The position numbers were made by a program, and so were the translations under genes. 64,000 bases of DNA from an uncultured delta proteobacterium (GTDB taxonomy: Bacteria; Desulfobacterota; RBG-13-43-22): positions 1,408,001-1,472,000 of the forward strand of contig CAWBOS010000012.1 in NCBI GenBank assembly GCA_963790475.1, in the 5' to 3' direction. The notes beneath the pieces were generated by a model. It was not told the DNA's origin and searched no databases. It worked only from the letters and a program-made list of their open reading frames with translations. Every line of letters starts with the position of its first letter. The stretch's first letter is position 1. Shown one piece after another: positions 61,477 through 64,000 of this stretch.

Positions 61477-63219
61477 ATGAAAAAGAGTTTTTATGGTTAT
61501 TTGATGGCATTGTTGGTTCTGTTGGTATTGTTACTCGGATCATTGGCGAATGGGGCGCCAACCAAAGCTGTAAGCCCCAAGGCTAAAGGCGCCGCCGTCC
61601 AGGAACCTCAATACGGCGGGACCCTCAGTTTACCCAGAACCATTAATCCTATCGCCTGGGACATCGCTGAATGGACCTGGAAACACGCCAACGATACCGG
61701 ATTCTATATGGATCACCTGATGATGGGTGATCTGCAGAAAGGACCGCGGGGGGCGAATAAATTCGATTTCCAAACCGAAGCCTGGAATCCTCTTCAACTT
61801 TGCCGTCCCGAGCTTTTGGAGAGCTGGGAAGTGAAGAAAAACCCCATGCAGATCATTTTTCATTTGCGCAAGGGCATTATGTGGCAGGAGAAGCCGGGGG
61901 TCATGAAAGCCAGGGAGCTGGTGGCCGATGACGTGGTCTACAGCCTTAACCGGAGAAAGAATTCCCCCAAGGCCCCAAAACTATATTTGGATTTTGTCGG
62001 TAAAATGGAAACCCCCGACAAATATACGGTGATCATCCACATGGCCGAGTGGTGTCTCGATTGGGACTACCGTATTGGCTGGGGATACTATGATGCCATC
62101 CAGGCCCCGGAGCAGGAGAAGGCCCCTGGCGGCGCCAATAAATGGGAAAACGCCACCGGTACCGGACCCTTTATGCTCACCGAGTATAAAGACGGTCATT
62201 CCCAGACCTATACCAAAAACCCCAATTACTGGGACTCGGAGACCATAAGCGGGAAAAAATACAAGCTGCCCTTTGTCGATAAGATCTATCTACCGATCAT
62301 CAAGGATGAACAAACAAGGATTTCGTCCTTCAGATCCGGAAAGCTCGACATATATATCGGCATTAACTGGAAGAATGTGGATGAACTTAAACAGAGCCTT
62401 CCCCAACTTATTTGGAGGAAGTACCCGGGCACCGGTAATTTTTCCCTGGCTTTGCGAATGGACCGGAAACCTTTTAATGATATCCGGGTCAGGCGGGCCA
62501 TGAACCTGGCCGTCAACAAACAGGAGATTATCGATTCCTTCTTCAAGGGTAATGCCGAACTGCATACCTATCCCTTTCCTCCTTCTTTTGGGGAGGTTTA
62601 TACCCCCTTGAACAAACTCCCGGCTTCAGCCAGGGAACTGTACACCTACAATCCGGAAAAGGCCAAAAAGCTCCTGGCCGAGGCTGGGTATCCCAATGGC
62701 TTTTCCTTTAAGGCGCAAATTTTTAATTCCGACCAAACCGCCTTGGATCTGGCGGCCATGGTGGTGGCCTATCTGGCCAAGGTCGGGGTCAAGCTGGAAC
62801 TGGATGCCATGGATTACGCATCATATCTAAACATGATGTTGAAAAAGACCCATTCAGATGGATATTTCTTAAGCACCGGCCAGACTAACCCTATTATGGG
62901 GATCAAGAAAAATTTCATGACCAACCAGCAATGGAATCCCCACATGATGGCTGATCCCTATCTTGACAAAGCGTGGACGGACGCGGTCGAAGACCCGAAA
63001 CCGACTGAAAAACAAGTGAATGAGACTTTAAAAAAATTGGCTATCTATGCCATAGAGCAGGCTCCGGCTGTCATACTCCCTACCGCTACCAATTATATAG
63101 CCTGGTGGCCCTGGGTAAAAAACTATTACGGAGAAACCAATGTGGGGGCCCAGAGATTTGGACCAATCAGTGCCCGCATCTGGATCGATCAGGACATGAA
63201 GAAGAAAATACGCTATTGA
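61477..63219 (+). CDS. ABC transporter substrate-binding protein (family 5, peptide/nickel)
   Basis: Signal peptide, PQYGG, LRKGIMW, ADDVVYS, GTGPF, DIRVRRAMNLA and YNPEKAKKLLAEAGY. Confidence 0.9.
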   Translation: MKKSFYGYLMALLVLLVLLLGSLANGAPTKAVSPKAKGAAVQEPQYGGTLSLPRTINPIAWDIAEWTWKHANDTGFYMDHLMMGDLQKGPRGANKFDFQTEAWNPLQLCRPELLESWEVKKNPMQIIFHLRKGIMWQEKPGVMKARELVADDVVYSLNRRKNSPKAPKLYLDFVGKMETPDKYTVIIHMAEWCLDWDYRIGWGYYDAIQAPEQEKAPGGANKWENATGTGPFMLTEYKDGHSQTYTKNPNYWDSETISGKKYKLPFVDKIYLPIIKDEQTRISSFRSGKLDIYIGINWKNVDELKQSLPQLIWRKYPGTGNFSLALRMDRKPFNDIRVRRAMNLAVNKQEIIDSFFKGNAELHTYPFPPSFGEVYTPLNKLPASARELYTYNPEKAKKLLAEAGYPNGFSFKAQIFNSDQTALDLAAMVVAYLAKVGVKLELDAMDYASYLNMMLKKTHSDGYFLSTGQTNPIMGIKKNFMTNQQWNPHMMADPYLDKAWTDAVEDPKPTEKQVNETLKKLAIYAIEQAPAVILPTATNYIAWWPWVKNYYGETNVGAQRFGPISARIWIDQDMKKKIRY

Positions 63220-63249
63220 TTTTCAGGGACATCACCAAACATTAAACAC

Positions 63250-63278
63250 GAGGGGGGGCAAAAAAAGCCCCCCCTTCT
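63250..63278. terminator. Hairpin terminator between convergent genes
   Basis: AGGGGGGGC-aaaaaaa-GCCCCCCCT. Confidence 0.6.
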
Positions 63279-63367
63279 TGACCCAGGCCAACAGATCCCA
63301 GCAAACCTCAGGAAAAGAAATATATCTCTCCGCTCATTTTTCAGATTAATAAAGATAATGCGGAATA

Positions 63368-64000
63368 TTATTCAAGGGCCAGAAGCATCCCATCCCTGGT
63401 GCGGGCAAAGAGCAGGCCGGCGGCATATATCAAATCTCCTTTTAGCGGAGACCCCAGGAGAAATTTCCATCGCGGGCTTCCGTCCTGGCTGCTCAACCCA
63501 TATAGCACTCCGGCTTTTGTCCCGAAATAAACCGTGTCTCCAAGTATCAACGGCGCTGTTGCTATGCCGTCCCCCAGTTCAATCTCCCAAATGGTAGATC
63601 CTTTCCGGGCATCCAAGGCATAAAACCTGCCTCGGTCATCTCCCACAAACAAGCGGTCATTGAAAACAGCGGGAGAGGAGACAAATTTCCCTATTTTCTT
63701 TTTGGGAAAGGTTCCCCACATGGTCCCGGCTTGCAGGGGAGGCCGCGGCACAGGAAATCCCAGCACCCAGGACTGGATCCAGAGGACTTCTAACGAATGC
63801 GACCAGGGGTATTGACGGGATTTATGTTTCAAGGCAATCAGCTTGCCATCTTGAGTTACGGAATAAACGATATTTCCCGCAATTACCGGGGCATCGATTA
63901 ATCTTTCCGACAGGAAAAATTCCAAGCGTCGGGCGCCGGTTTGGGCACTCAGGCTATAGAGTTTTCGAGTGCCGGAGCCCGCGTAAACAATTTTATCGCC
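63368..64000 (-). CDS. PQQ-like (BamB-type) beta-propeller protein, 5' part outside the window
   Basis: Repeated SSPAV...VG...G.FYALD..G...W motifs. Confidence 0.75.
   Translation of the reverse strand, partial: GDKIVYAGSGTRKLYSLSAQTGARRLEFFLSERLIDAPVIAGNIVYSVTQDGKLIALKHKSRQYPWSHSLEVLWIQSWVLGFPVPRPPLQAGTMWGTFPKKKIGKFVSSPAVFNDRLFVGDDRGRFYALDARKGSTIWEIELGDGIATAPLILGDTVYFGTKAGVLYGLSSQDGSPRWKFLLGSPLKGDLIYAAGLLFARTRDGMLLALE

Overview
Bacterial chromosomal window, probably from an anaerobic Desulfobacterota/deltaproteobacterium (inferred from gene content). About 15 single-base frameshifts in otherwise intact genes suggest an unpolished long-read assembly. 1-16 kb is a decaying stress-resistance island. 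A fluoride (crcB-type) riboswitch heads a minus-strand run of cation:proton antiporter stub, ChrB stub, intact enolase, TolC, membrane-fusion protein and CusA/CzcA-type RND pump. The pump is split cleanly by a 521-bp DUF1670-like insertion, and a second, internally deleted enolase scrap and an IS91 scrap follow it. Next come ArsR/CDF/thioredoxin/CcdA genes, an acr3::arsP chimera, an arsC remnant and a VKOR-like gene. 16-20 kb holds uvrD/pcrA and folC, and folC carries an in-frame insertion built from inverted 7-bp repeat arrays. 20-45 kb is an MSHA-like type IV pilus locus: MshEN-PilB, PilC, a major pilin with N-X-S/T sequons followed by a YfhO-like GT-C and a membrane SAM-fold enzyme, minor pilins, a PilM-PilN fusion, PilO, secretin, ExeA/SPOR and TPR. 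An antisense, sigma54-driven HTH/PAS-GGDEF/HEAT/HD-GYP c-di-GMP module is embedded in it. 45-64 kb holds yidD, a TPR protein, lptD with a Thr-rich loop, a CoA-ligase pseudogene, thioredoxin, RNase D, a sirtuin, an IS1634 inserted in a REP-like palindrome, NRDE, a 227-bp element with long terminal inverted repeats, an acyl-CoA dehydratase activase, an ABC substrate-binding protein and a PQQ beta-propeller. All family assignments come from motif recognition only; no searches were run.
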